Both the position numbers and the translations under genes were made by a program. This document shows positions 47,470 through 56,791 of a stretch of DNA of 64,000 bases, piece by piece. Location of the stretch: assembly GCA_035765775.1 (NCBI GenBank), contig DASTWV010000062.1, positions 6,887 to 70,886 of the forward strand, given 5' to 3'. Each line of letters opens with the position of its first letter. Position 1 is the stretch's first letter. This stretch comes from Actinomycetota bacterium. GTDB lineage: Bacteria; Actinomycetota; CADDZG01; JAHWKV01; JAOPZY01. Under the pieces are notes generated by a model. It was not told the origin of the DNA. It saw only the letters and a program-made list of their open reading frames with translations, and searched no databases.

Positions 47470-48443
47470 GGCTCTTCCTGGGTGGGGCAGACGGCCTGGC
47501 GCTCTATGAGGACGGCGACGTTACCCGGCTCGACATCGCCGGCGTGCTGTGCCTGGTGCGGGCCGCCGACGGGGACGTCCTGGCCGGGACCCAGTCGGGC
47601 ACCATCGTGTCGTGGTCGGGCTCGGGCGAGGCCAAGGTACTGGCCAAGGACCTGGGCGAGTCGGTGACCGCGTTGGCGCTGGCCCGCAACGGCCGGCTGC
47701 TGGCCGGGTGCCTGCCGGTGGCGGCGTGGCGGGCCAAGGACCTGGGCGAATCGTGGACCGAGTTCCGGAGCCTGGCGACGAGCCCGGGCGCAGAGACCTG
47801 GTGGGGCGCCCCCGAGCGCGATGGTGCCCAGGCCGGCAAGCTCCCGGCCTCGGTCAGCGCCGTCGGGGCGCATCACAAAGACGCCAAGACGCTCTACGTC
47901 GGGATCAACATCGGCGGTGTGTACCGCTCCCGGGACGGGGGCAAGAGCTGGTTCAACCTCGGCATCCCCAGCGCCGACGTCCACTCGATCCAGCTCTCCA
48001 CCGCCCGCCCGGAGAGGGTGTACATCACCACCGGGGGTTGCCAGCCCACCGGGTGCGGGGCCTTCTGCTCGGACGACGAGGGGATCTCCTGGCGGGCGAT
48101 GGGGGAGGCGAACCGGCGGCAGTACACCATGGGCCTCGCCGCCCATCCCACGGAGCCCGACCGGGTGATCATCTCGGCCACCGGGGGCCCGCCGGGGACC
48201 TGGAAGGCGCACGCCCACTGCGACGTCTACCTGTCCACCGATGCCGGCCGGCGCTTCCGGACCGTCGTCAAGGACCTCAAGGGGGCGGTGCGCCGCCGGG
48301 CGCTGGTGATCAACCCCCGGGTGCCCTCCGAGGCGGCCTTCGGCACCACCACCGGCGAGCTGTGGTACTCCAACGACGGCGGCGAGTCCTTCGACCGGGT
48401 GGCTGAGGGCCTGGACGACCTGGCGAGCGTCGCCTTCGCCTGA
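47466..48443 (+). CDS. BNR/Asp-box repeat beta-propeller protein
   Basis: It has five SxDxGxxW/F-type Asp boxes: AKDLGESW, SRDGGKSW, SDDEGISW, STDAGRRF and SNDGGESF. No signal peptide is visible. The ATG overlaps the sucC stop (ATGA). Confidence 0.75.
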   Translation: MRLFLGGADGLALYEDGDVTRLDIAGVLCLVRAADGDVLAGTQSGTIVSWSGSGEAKVLAKDLGESVTALALARNGRLLAGCLPVAAWRAKDLGESWTEFRSLATSPGAETWWGAPERDGAQAGKLPASVSAVGAHHKDAKTLYVGINIGGVYRSRDGGKSWFNLGIPSADVHSIQLSTARPERVYITTGGCQPTGCGAFCSDDEGISWRAMGEANRRQYTMGLAAHPTEPDRVIISATGGPPGTWKAHAHCDVYLSTDAGRRFRTVVKDLKGAVRRRALVINPRVPSEAAFGTTTGELWYSNDGGESFDRVAEGLDDLASVAFA

Positions 48444-48467
48444 GCGGCGCCACCCGCCACCCCACCG

Positions 48468-49352
48468 ATGCCCATCTTCGCCGACCGCTCCACCCAGGTC
48501 CTCGTCCAGGGCCTGACCGGCCGGGAGGGGTCCTTCCACGCCCTGCGCAACCGGGCCTACGGGACCTCGGTGGTGGCCGGGGTGACGCCGGGCAAGGGGG
48601 GCAGTGCCGTGGAGGGGATCCCGGTCTTCGACACCGTGGCCGAGGCGGTCGCCGCCACCCGGGCCGGCGCCTCCGTGATCTTCGTGCCCGCCCGGGGGGC
48701 CGCCGACGCCATCCTGGAGGCGGCCGACGCCGGGGTGACGCTCATCGTGTGCATCACCGAGGGCATCCCCATCGCCGACACCGCCCGGGTGCGCGCCCAG
48801 CTCCGCCGGAGTACCGGCGTGCGGCTCATCGGACCCAACTGCCCGGGGCTCATCACCCCCGGCCAGACCAACCTGGGCATCATCCCGGGCGAGATCTGCA
48901 CCCCCGGCCCGGTGGGCCTCGTCTCCCGCTCGGGCACCCTCACGTACCAGATCGTCCACGAGCTCACCGCGATCGGCATCGGGCAGTCCACCTGCGTGGG
49001 CATCGGCGGCGACCCGGTACCCGGCACCAGCTTCATCGACTGCCTGAGCGCCTTCGAGGCCGACCCCGAGACCCGGGCGGTGGTGCTGATCGGTGAGATC
49101 GGCGGCGACGAGGAGGAGCGGGCGGCGGCGTTCATCGCCGGGGGCATGCGCACCCCGGTGGTGGCCTACATCGCCGGCTTCACCGCCCCACCCGGCAAGC
49201 GGATGGGCCACGCCGGGGCGCTGATCTCCGGGTCGGGGGCGGGGTCGAAGGGCACCGCCCAGACCAAGGCGGAGGCCTTCCGGGCTGCCGGCGTGCCGGT
49301 GGCCACCGATCCCCACGAGGTGGCCGGCCTGGTCGCGCGGGCGCTCGGATAG
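48468..49352 (+). CDS. sucD: succinyl-CoA synthetase alpha subunit
   Basis: It has [14 protein letters not shown]...GPNCPGLI...SRSGTLTY and the phosphohistidine loop MGHAGALI. Confidence 0.96.
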   Translation: MPIFADRSTQVLVQGLTGREGSFHALRNRAYGTSVVAGVTPGKGGSAVEGIPVFDTVAEAVAATRAGASVIFVPARGAADAILEAADAGVTLIVCITEGIPIADTARVRAQLRRSTGVRLIGPNCPGLITPGQTNLGIIPGEICTPGPVGLVSRSGTLTYQIVHELTAIGIGQSTCVGIGGDPVPGTSFIDCLSAFEADPETRAVVLIGEIGGDEEERAAAFIAGGMRTPVVAYIAGFTAPPGKRMGHAGALISGSGAGSKGTAQTKAEAFRAAGVPVATDPHEVAGLVARALG

Positions 49353-49425
49353 GGCTCGGGGAGGACCCGCCGTAGGCTTCGGAATCACCCGCCCTGAAGC
49401 GCAAACCGGCTATCCTCACGGTCCA

Positions 49426-50064
49426 GTGACGACCGCCCTCGCCATCCTCGCCTCGGGTTCGGGCACCAACGCCCGGGCCCTCCTCGACGCAGCCGACCAG
49501 GGAGCCCTCGGCGACGCCGCCATCGCGGTGGTGGTGAGCGATCGGAGGGACTGCGGCGCCCTGGCAGCCGCAGCCGCCCACGGGATCCAGACCCTCTTGG
49601 TGGACCCGGCCGCCACGCCCGGCCGGCAGGCGTACAGCGCCGCCCTGCTGGCGGAGCTTCAGGGCCGCGGGGTGGACCTGGTGTGCCTGGCGGGGTTCAT
49701 GCGGGTTCTCTCGGCCGGATTCATCGCGGCCTTCCCCGGGCGGGTGCTGAACATCCACCCTGCCCTGCTGCCGGCCTTCCCGGGCGCCCACGCGGTGGCC
49801 GACGCGCTGGCCTGGGGGGTCAAGGTGACCGGCACCACCGTGCACTTCGCCGACGAGGCGGTGGACCACGGGCCGATCATCGCCCAGGAGGCGGTGCCGG
49901 TGCGGGAGGGCGACGACGAGGCTTCCCTGCACGAGCGCATCAAGGCGGTGGAGCACCGCCTCTACCCCGAGGTCGTGCGCCTGGTGGTGGAGGGCCGCAC
50001 CCGGATCGCCGGGCGGCGGGTGCTCATCGACGGCGTCCCGGCTGGCCTGTGGGGGGCGGCGTGA
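49426..50064 (+). CDS. purN: phosphoribosylglycinamide formyltransferase
   Basis: It has ILASGSGTNARAL...NIHPALLPAFPG...GTTVHFADEAVDHGPII. Confidence 0.93.
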   Translation: MTTALAILASGSGTNARALLDAADQGALGDAAIAVVVSDRRDCGALAAAAAHGIQTLLVDPAATPGRQAYSAALLAELQGRGVDLVCLAGFMRVLSAGFIAAFPGRVLNIHPALLPAFPGAHAVADALAWGVKVTGTTVHFADEAVDHGPIIAQEAVPVREGDDEASLHERIKAVEHRLYPEVVRLVVEGRTRIAGRRVLIDGVPAGLWGAA

Positions 50065-51572
50065 GGATCCGGCGGGCGCTCATCTCGGTCAGCGACAAGA
50101 CCGGCCTCGACACCTTCGCCGCCGGGCTGGCCGCGATGGGGGTGACCATCGTCTCCACCGGGCGCACCGCCCACCACCTCAGCCGGGCGGGCGTGCCCGT
50201 GACCCCGGTGGCCGACGTGACCGGCGTGCCCGAGCTGCTGGAAGGCCGGGTGAAGACGCTGCACCCGCACATCCACGCCGGCATCCTGGCCGACCGGCGC
50301 AAGCCCCAGCATCTTGCCCAGCTCAAGGCGATGAACGTCCCCCTGATCGACCTGGTGGTCTGCAACCTGTACCCCTTCCGGGAGACGGTGGCCGCCGGGG
50401 CAGCGGAGGACTCGGTCCTGGAGCAGATCGACATCGGGGGCCCGGCCATGGTCCGGGCGGCGGCGAAGAACTATCACGGCGTCGCGGTGATCGTGAACCC
50501 GGACCGCTACCCCACCGTCCTGGCGGAGATGCAGGCCTCCCGGGGCTCACTTGCCGAGGAGACCCTGGTGGCGCTGGCCGCCGAGGCGTTCTCCCACACC
50601 GCCGAGTACGACTTCGCCGTGGCCAGTTGGCTGAGCGGCCACAGCACCCTGCCCGACATCCTGCACCTGGCCCTGAAGAAGCAGTTCGGGCTGCGCTACG
50701 GCGAGAACCCGCACCAGAACGGGGCCTTCTACTCCGCCGGCGACCCCGGCTGGGTCCGGCTCCAGGGCAAGGACCTGTCCTACACCAACCTGCTGGACCT
50801 GGATGCCGCCTGGCGGCTGGTCACCGAGTTCGAGCGGCCGGCGGTGGCGATCGTCAAGCACACCAATGCCTGCGGCTGTGCGCTGGGGAGCGGCGTGGAG
50901 GACGCCTACCGGCGGGCCCTGGAGGCGGACCGGCGCTCGGCGTTCGGCGGCATCGTGGCCGCCAACCGGGAGGTGGACGGCCCCACCGCCGGGCGAATCA
51001 CCGAGATCATGACCGAGATTGTCATCGCCCCCTCGTTCACGCCCGAGGCGCTGGCCACCTTCGCCGAGCGCAAGAACCTGCGGGTGGTGCACACCCGCAA
51101 GCCGCCCGCCCGGGGCGCCGCCGAGTTGCGTACCACCGCGGGCGGCGTGCTGGTGCAGGACCTCGACACCTCGATCGAGGCCCGGGGGGCCATGAAGGTG
51201 GCGGGGCGGGTGCAGCCCGCCGAGGAGGACTGGGACGACCTGATCTTCGCCTGGACGGTGTGCAAGCACCTGAAGTCCAACGCCGTCGCCCTGGCCAACC
51301 GGGGCCAGCTGGTGGGGATGGGGGCAGGCCAGACCAGCCGGGTGGAGGCGGTCGAGATGGCCGCCCGCCGGGCCGGGGAGCGGACCATCGGCGCGGTGTG
51401 CGCCTCGGACGGCTTCTTCCCGTTCCGGGACAACGTGGACGCCGCCGCGGCCGCCGGGGTGCGGGCGATCATCGAACCGGGCGGGTCGGTGCGCGACGCC
51501 GAGGTGATCGCCGCCGCCGACGAGCACGGCATCCCCATCGTCCTGACCGGCGTGCGCCACTTCCGCCACTAG
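50061..51572 (+). CDS. purH: bifunctional AICAR transformylase/IMP cyclohydrolase
   Basis: The GTG at 50061 overlaps the purN stop (GTGA). It has RRALISVSDKTGL...GRVKTLHPHIHAGIL...IEPGGSVRD...RHFRH. Confidence 0.95.
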   Translation: MRIRRALISVSDKTGLDTFAAGLAAMGVTIVSTGRTAHHLSRAGVPVTPVADVTGVPELLEGRVKTLHPHIHAGILADRRKPQHLAQLKAMNVPLIDLVVCNLYPFRETVAAGAAEDSVLEQIDIGGPAMVRAAAKNYHGVAVIVNPDRYPTVLAEMQASRGSLAEETLVALAAEAFSHTAEYDFAVASWLSGHSTLPDILHLALKKQFGLRYGENPHQNGAFYSAGDPGWVRLQGKDLSYTNLLDLDAAWRLVTEFERPAVAIVKHTNACGCALGSGVEDAYRRALEADRRSAFGGIVAANREVDGPTAGRITEIMTEIVIAPSFTPEALATFAERKNLRVVHTRKPPARGAAELRTTAGGVLVQDLDTSIEARGAMKVAGRVQPAEEDWDDLIFAWTVCKHLKSNAVALANRGQLVGMGAGQTSRVEAVEMAARRAGERTIGAVCASDGFFPFRDNVDAAAAAGVRAIIEPGGSVRDAEVIAAADEHGIPIVLTGVRHFRH

Positions 51573-51608
51573 GCCGCCACCAACCCTGCCCGCCGGAGCC
51601 GCTGCGCC

Positions 51609-52499
51609 GTGACCGCCGCCCTGATCGACGGCAAGGCGACCGCCGCCGCGGTCCGCCAGGAGCTGGCCGGCAAGGTGGCCGCCCTGGCCTCGGACGGGAT
51701 CGTGCCCGGCTTGGCCGCGGTGCTGGTGGGCGAGGACCCGGCGTCGGCGGTCTACGTCGCCGGCAAGGAGCGCGACGCCACGGCAGTGGGCATGGCCTCC
51801 TTCGTCCACCGCCTGCCCGCCGGGACCGTGCAGGCGGAGCTCCTGGACCTGCTGGCCCGCCTGAACGCCGACCCGGCGGTGCACGGCATCATCGTGCAGA
51901 TGCCGCTGCCCGGCCATCTGGACACCGCGGCCGCCCAGGAGGCGGTGGACCCGGCCAAGGACGTGGACGGGCTGCACCCGGACAATGCCGGGCTGCTGGC
52001 GCTGGGGCGGCCGCGGTTCATCCCGTGCACGCCTCTCGGGATCCTGGTGCTGCTGGAGCGCGCCGGGGTGCAGGTGTCGGGGGCGCACGCGGTCGTGGTG
52101 GGCCGTTCGGCCCTGGTGGGCCGTCCCATTGCCACCCTGCTGTCCGCCAAGGGCTTCCCCACCCTCTTCACCGAGGGCCGGGCGCACAACGCCACCGTCA
52201 CGCTGTGCCACACCGGCACCCGGGACCTGGCCGGCTTCACCCGCAGCGCCGACATCCTGGTGGCGGCATCGGGGGTTGCCGGCGGCATTACCGGCGCGAT
52301 GTTGCGCCCGGGGGTGACGGTCATCGACGTCGGCATCACCCGCACAGCCAGCGGCGCACTGGTGGGTGACGTGGACTTCGCATCGGCGTCGGAAGTGGCG
52401 GGCAAGATCACACCCGTGCCCGGCGGTGTGGGCCCGATGACGAGGGCGATGTTGTTGGCCAACACGGTGCAAGCCGCGGCGAAATCCCCTGTCCTTTGA
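51609..52499 (+). CDS. folD: bifunctional methylenetetrahydrofolate dehydrogenase/cyclohydrolase
   Basis: It has [11 protein letters not shown]...[12 protein letters not shown]..., [12 protein letters not shown] and [10 protein letters not shown]. Confidence 0.94.
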   Translation: MTAALIDGKATAAAVRQELAGKVAALASDGIVPGLAAVLVGEDPASAVYVAGKERDATAVGMASFVHRLPAGTVQAELLDLLARLNADPAVHGIIVQMPLPGHLDTAAAQEAVDPAKDVDGLHPDNAGLLALGRPRFIPCTPLGILVLLERAGVQVSGAHAVVVGRSALVGRPIATLLSAKGFPTLFTEGRAHNATVTLCHTGTRDLAGFTRSADILVAASGVAGGITGAMLRPGVTVIDVGITRTASGALVGDVDFASASEVAGKITPVPGGVGPMTRAMLLANTVQAAAKSPVL

Positions 52500-52564
52500 T
52501 GCGCCGTCTTCCTGGTATATCATGGCCTCCGGCGGCCCAGAGACGGCCCGAGAAAGGACATGAC

Positions 52565-52783
52565 ATGGGTGTCATCCTGAAGGAAGAATACGTGTGCGAT
52601 TACTGCGGCAAGACCATTTCGGGGGGAGACGTCCTCGTCGGGAAGCTCGCCGTCCGCAAGCAGGGAGCCCGTGGCCTCGGCCGTGAGTTCGGCCTCGCTT
52701 TTCATGGCGCCTGTTCCGCCAAGCTGATCGCCCACGCATCGCCGGTCACGCGGCCGCGCCGCTCCCGCACTGCCTCGGCGTAA
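52565..52783 (+). CDS. small hypothetical protein with N-terminal CxxC
   Basis: The ATG at 52565 follows GAAAGGA. The 72-aa product is MGVILKEEYVCDYCGKTISGGDV...FHGACSAKL. The gene lies in a locally lower-GC patch, and no family was recognised. Confidence 0.35.
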   Translation: MGVILKEEYVCDYCGKTISGGDVLVGKLAVRKQGARGLGREFGLAFHGACSAKLIAHASPVTRPRRSRTASA

Positions 52784-52835
52784 CCGCCGGCTTCGCACCA
52801 CGACCTGCCGTCTGCGGGCACAGTAAGCTCACGCC

Positions 52836-53915
52836 ATGCCCCACCGTGTAACGCTGATCCCGGGTGACGGGACCGGCCCGGAGATCTCCGCGGCCACCCG
52901 GCGCGTCCTGGAGGCCACCGGCGTCGCCTTCGACTGGGATATCCAGCAGGCAGGCGAGGCGACGATGGCGGAGCACGGCACGCCGCTGCCCGACCAGGTG
53001 CTGGCTTCCATCCGCACCAACCGGGTGGCCATCAAAGGACCCATCACCACGCCGGTCGGGCACGGATTTCGCAGCGTCAACGTCGCGCTTCGCAAGGAAT
53101 TGGACCTCTATGCCTGCCTCCGGCCGTGCAAGACATACCCCGGGGTACGGTCGCGCTATGAGCACATCGATCTCGTCATTGTCCGAGAAAATCACGAAGA
53201 CCTCTATGCCGGAATCGAGTTTCAGGAAGGCTCAGATGCCGCCCTCAAGTTGATCGACGTGCTCGGCGATCTGTCGGGGCGCACCATCGCCCGGGACTCC
53301 GGCATTTCCATCAAGCCCATCTCCATCACCGGCAGCCGGCGCATCGTGCGGTTCGCCTTCGAATACGCCCGCCGATACGGCCGCCGCAAGGTGACCGCGG
53401 TGCACAAGTCCAACATCATGAAGTTCTCCGACGGTCTCTTCCTGAGCGTCGCCCGGGAAGTGGCTGAGGACTATCCGGACGTCGCCTTCGAGGACCGCAT
53501 CGTCGACAACTGCGCCCAGCAGCTGGTGATGCGGCCGGAGGAGTACGACGTGCTGGTCCTGCCCAACCTCTACGGCGACATCATCAGCGACCTGGGCGCC
53601 GGGCTGGTGGGCGGCCTGGGCGTGGCGCCGGGGGCCAACTTCGGCGACCAGGTGGCCGTGTTCGAGCCCACCCACGGCTCCGCCCCCAAATACGCCGGGT
53701 TGAACCGGGTGAACCCCATGGCGATGATGCTCTCCGGCGTCCTCATGCTGCGCCACCTCGGCGAGGAGAACGCCGCCGGCCGGCTGGAGGCGGCCATCGC
53801 CTCGGTGGTGGCCAAGGGCGAGTCGGTGACCGCCGACCTGAAGCCCAGCCGGAACGACCCCACGGCGGTGGGCACGGCCCAGGTGGCCGACGCGGTCATC
53901 GCGGCGCTGGACTAA
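52836..53915 (+). CDS. isocitrate/isopropylmalate dehydrogenase family enzyme, NAD-IDH (IDH3)-like
   Basis: It has LIPGDGTGPEI..., RSVNVALRKELDLYACLRPCK, IVRENHEDLYAG and NLYGDIISDL. It lies next to mdh and the sucCD neighbourhood. Substrate specificity has not been established. Confidence 0.8.
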   Translation: MPHRVTLIPGDGTGPEISAATRRVLEATGVAFDWDIQQAGEATMAEHGTPLPDQVLASIRTNRVAIKGPITTPVGHGFRSVNVALRKELDLYACLRPCKTYPGVRSRYEHIDLVIVRENHEDLYAGIEFQEGSDAALKLIDVLGDLSGRTIARDSGISIKPISITGSRRIVRFAFEYARRYGRRKVTAVHKSNIMKFSDGLFLSVAREVAEDYPDVAFEDRIVDNCAQQLVMRPEEYDVLVLPNLYGDIISDLGAGLVGGLGVAPGANFGDQVAVFEPTHGSAPKYAGLNRVNPMAMMLSGVLMLRHLGEENAAGRLEAAIASVVAKGESVTADLKPSRNDPTAVGTAQVADAVIAALD

Positions 53916-53968
53916 CTAGCGGCGGCCTGGACTAGGCACGGCCTGGGCGGGGTAGTCTGGCGCCCGTC

Positions 53969-54895
53969 ATGGCCAAGGTCACCGTTGTCGGCGCAGGCTT
54001 CGTCGGGTCCACCACGGCACTCCGCATCCTCCAGCGCGGCCTGGCGGACGTCTGCCTGATCGACATCGTCGAGGGCCTGCCCCAGGGCCTCGCCCTGGAC
54101 CTGGCCCAGTCGGCCCCCGTCGAGCGCTTCGAGGTGTCGATCGTGGGCACCAACGACTACGCCGACACCGCCGGCTCCCATGTTGTGGTCATCACCGCCG
54201 GCTTCCCCCGGGGGCCGGGGATGAGCCGGATGGACCTGCTGGCCAAAAACGCAGCCGTGGTGTCTGAGGTGACCAGGCGGGTCGCCGAGCAGTCGCCCGG
54301 CGCCGCGCTGATCGTGGTCACCAACCCCCTCGATGAGATGACCTTCCTGGCGTCGGAGGTCTCCGGGTTCCCCAAGTCCCGGGTGATGGGGATGGCGGGG
54401 ATCCTGGACTCGGCCCGGCTCGCCGCCTTCATTGCCGCCCAGCTCAAGGTGTCGCCGCTGTCGGTGGACGCCATGACGCTGGGCTCGCACGGCGAGCAGA
54501 TGGTGCCGCTGGCCCGCCAGGCGACAGTCGATGGCCGGCCGCTCACCGAGCTGGCCGACGCCGCCACCCTGGACGCCCTGTTCAAGCGCACGATGAACGC
54601 CGGTGCCGAGATCGTCGGCCTGCTGAAGAAGGGGAGCGCCTACTTCGCCCCGTCCTCGGCGGTGGCGCAGATGGCCAACGCCATCCTGGGCGACACCAAG
54701 CAGGTGCTGCCGGTCTCCGCCTGGGTGAGCGGCGAGTACGGCGTCACCGACACCTACCTGGGCGTGCCCGCCCGCCTGGGGCGCAAGGGTGTGGAGGAGA
54801 TCGTGACCCTGGACCTGTCCCCCTCCGAGCTCGACGCCGTGCGGGCGGCAGCGGCAGCCATCAAAGCCCGGTGCGCCGACCTGGGGAGCGTGTAG
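53969..54895 (+). CDS. mdh: malate dehydrogenase (LDH-like type)
   Basis: It has MAKVTVVGAGFVGSTTA...ITAGFPRGPGMSRMDL...VVTNPLD...LGSHGEQMVP. Confidence 0.93.
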   Translation: MAKVTVVGAGFVGSTTALRILQRGLADVCLIDIVEGLPQGLALDLAQSAPVERFEVSIVGTNDYADTAGSHVVVITAGFPRGPGMSRMDLLAKNAAVVSEVTRRVAEQSPGAALIVVTNPLDEMTFLASEVSGFPKSRVMGMAGILDSARLAAFIAAQLKVSPLSVDAMTLGSHGEQMVPLARQATVDGRPLTELADAATLDALFKRTMNAGAEIVGLLKKGSAYFAPSSAVAQMANAILGDTKQVLPVSAWVSGEYGVTDTYLGVPARLGRKGVEEIVTLDLSPSELDAVRAAAAAIKARCADLGSV

Positions 54896-55201
54896 GGGGT
54901 TACTCCCCGCCTCGGCTGTGCTCGACTCTGGATCCCTTTTACGGATCATAGGTGAAGTTTGCACCCAGACTCGCACATCAATGGGCATGCGTTTCCATGG
55001 CCTCTTCCAGACCGACACTTCTGCATCGCAGATGATATGAAGTAGGTGGCCGAGCACAGAGGAGAAGGCCGTCGTGGTCCTGAGAAGACCGCCGAAGCCA
55101 GAGGAAAGTGCATCGAACGGTAGAGCCCGCCGGCGGCTCCTCCTGCTCTTGGTGGTAGTGGCTTTGCCCGTCTTTATTGTGTTGCTTACCCGGATTCGTC
55201 C

Positions 55202-56029
55202 CTAAGGTCTTGAGTTCTTCGTTCGAACATTCTGAAGGAGAGATGTCTTGCCCGTGCCATAGCATGCGATTGTCGCATCGCTATTGGATCCTAGGGCGAC
55301 CAAGACGGCTTGCTCCGACGCACTAACGTCGTCAATGGAAATCACTTCTCCGTCGGCCGTTCTGCTCGCGCCGGAAGCATGAGCGGCTCTGCACAGAGGG
55401 TCAGATCCGAAGTCCGCACCTCCTGAGAAAGACACTGTTGCGGTCACTCCGGGAGCCAGATCCAGCTGCAGGGCCTCAGCTGCCGAGACGTGAACCGGCA
55501 CGAACCGTTTTGGGCGGGCTCTCCATGGCAACTACATCGCCCACAGTCAGAATGGTATTTGCTTTTATGGAGCGGATCGAGATTAGCGGCGCTCCCACAA
55601 GACTGATAGGAAGTGGTGAGCTAGGCAGGCGCCGGTCGTACCGACGCTGTACGAAAGATACTTTGAACCCTGAGTAGGCGGGCACGTCATCTCTTGTAAC
55701 CATGTATTCCGCATGGCGGCTGTAAACGAGCGCAAGCCCGAGGATCCAGATGCAGAAACAAGCTATCCCAAACGTGACGCGAAGGCGGGGCCGCCAGCGA
55801 CTTTGGCCATCAGGCGGAGATGATTGCTCCTTGGACAGGCTCGCGCTTTCCCAAGCGGAGTCGACCGAATGGCTAGGCCATATTCCTGCGCTGATCGCAA
55901 CGACATACGATACCCACCGTAGCAGACGGATGCCCCGCCCCACAGCGCACCGGAGAAGAGCAGCGGGTGACCTGCCCAGGCCGCGGCGAGGGAGCAGAGG
56001 GCTACAACCAGGCCCCACGCAGCGATCAT
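55202..56029 (-). pseudogene. disrupted membrane-anchored SAF/CpaB-like gene (at least one frameshift) in a low-GC islet
   Basis: Three overlapping minus-strand ORFs sit in different frames (55763-56029, 55476-56018 and 55202-55531). The middle one has a TM helix (FGIACFCIWILGLALVYS), then a SAF-like stretch (...IRSIKANTILTVGDVVA). The last continues with an RcpC-like pattern (RFVPVHVSAAEALQLDLAPGVTATVS...EQAVLVALGSNSDATI). The similarity is judged by eye only. Confidence 0.35.
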
Positions 56030-56715
56030 AAGCGGGAGTTGATATTGGCTAATGAGTGTCTATCTGTGCCAATATGCCTTCCGGCATGACCATTGTCCCA
56101 GAACACTATGCTGTTCACGCCGTATCTGTGTTCGGGGTAATTCTCCGCGGCATTCAGGATGTTGCCAAGCGAAGTCGGCAGAACCCGCGGGTTCTGTGTA
56201 TCGAAGGCCATATCGAATTGGAACTCAAAGAATGGGATCTTCGGGTATTTCTTAGCCTGGTCGTGCAATTGTTGACGCCGACGCTCCCGTGAGACTACAC
56301 CCGGCACCCGGGCACCCTTACTCCCCTCGTGCGCAATCCATCGGGTCCAAAAATTCCTTAGAAGACCCCCTTCGAAAATCTGCAGGATGAACGTCGCCTG
56401 ACCTAGGACGAGTGACGCTACCAACCACACTATCGCTAGCGACCCCGCGCCGACCAGGCAAAGCCCATTGATACGTGGCGTCCCCACCCGACGGGCGTAT
56501 GTGGTCGCTGTTGCCGCCGGCTGAGCGACAGGAGCGAGCATCTCAGGCTTAAGGTGCGGGTGGGGGAGGACATGGGACTTACTACAAGCTATGGGGCCCG
56601 GATCAAAGAGGTCGAACACCGGAAACAGTATTGGACCACGGGTCGTGGCGCCTGCGGACATACCGTCCAGAGGAGACGGCACCTCGCACGCCAGTGGCGG
56701 CGACACGATAGGCAT
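56026..56715 (-). CDS. hypothetical membrane-anchored protein (low-GC islet)
   Basis: It has one TM (INGLCLVGAGSLAIVWLVASLVLG), then a soluble domain with no motif I recognise. The stop overlaps the next ORF start (ATGA at 56026-56029). The true start may be an internal Met (MSAGAT or MLAPVAQ). Confidence 0.45.
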   Translation of the reverse strand: MPIVSPPLACEVPSPLDGMSAGATTRGPILFPVFDLFDPGPIACSKSHVLPHPHLKPEMLAPVAQPAATATTYARRVGTPRINGLCLVGAGSLAIVWLVASLVLGQATFILQIFEGGLLRNFWTRWIAHEGSKGARVPGVVSRERRRQQLHDQAKKYPKIPFFEFQFDMAFDTQNPRVLPTSLGNILNAAENYPEHRYGVNSIVFWDNGHAGRHIGTDRHSLANINSRL

Positions 56716-56791
56716 CGGGCTTGCGCCACACAGGCATGGGGCGGCTGGCGGGGGTCTGCCAGATGGATTCCGCCAAATGGCGTGCGTGCGC

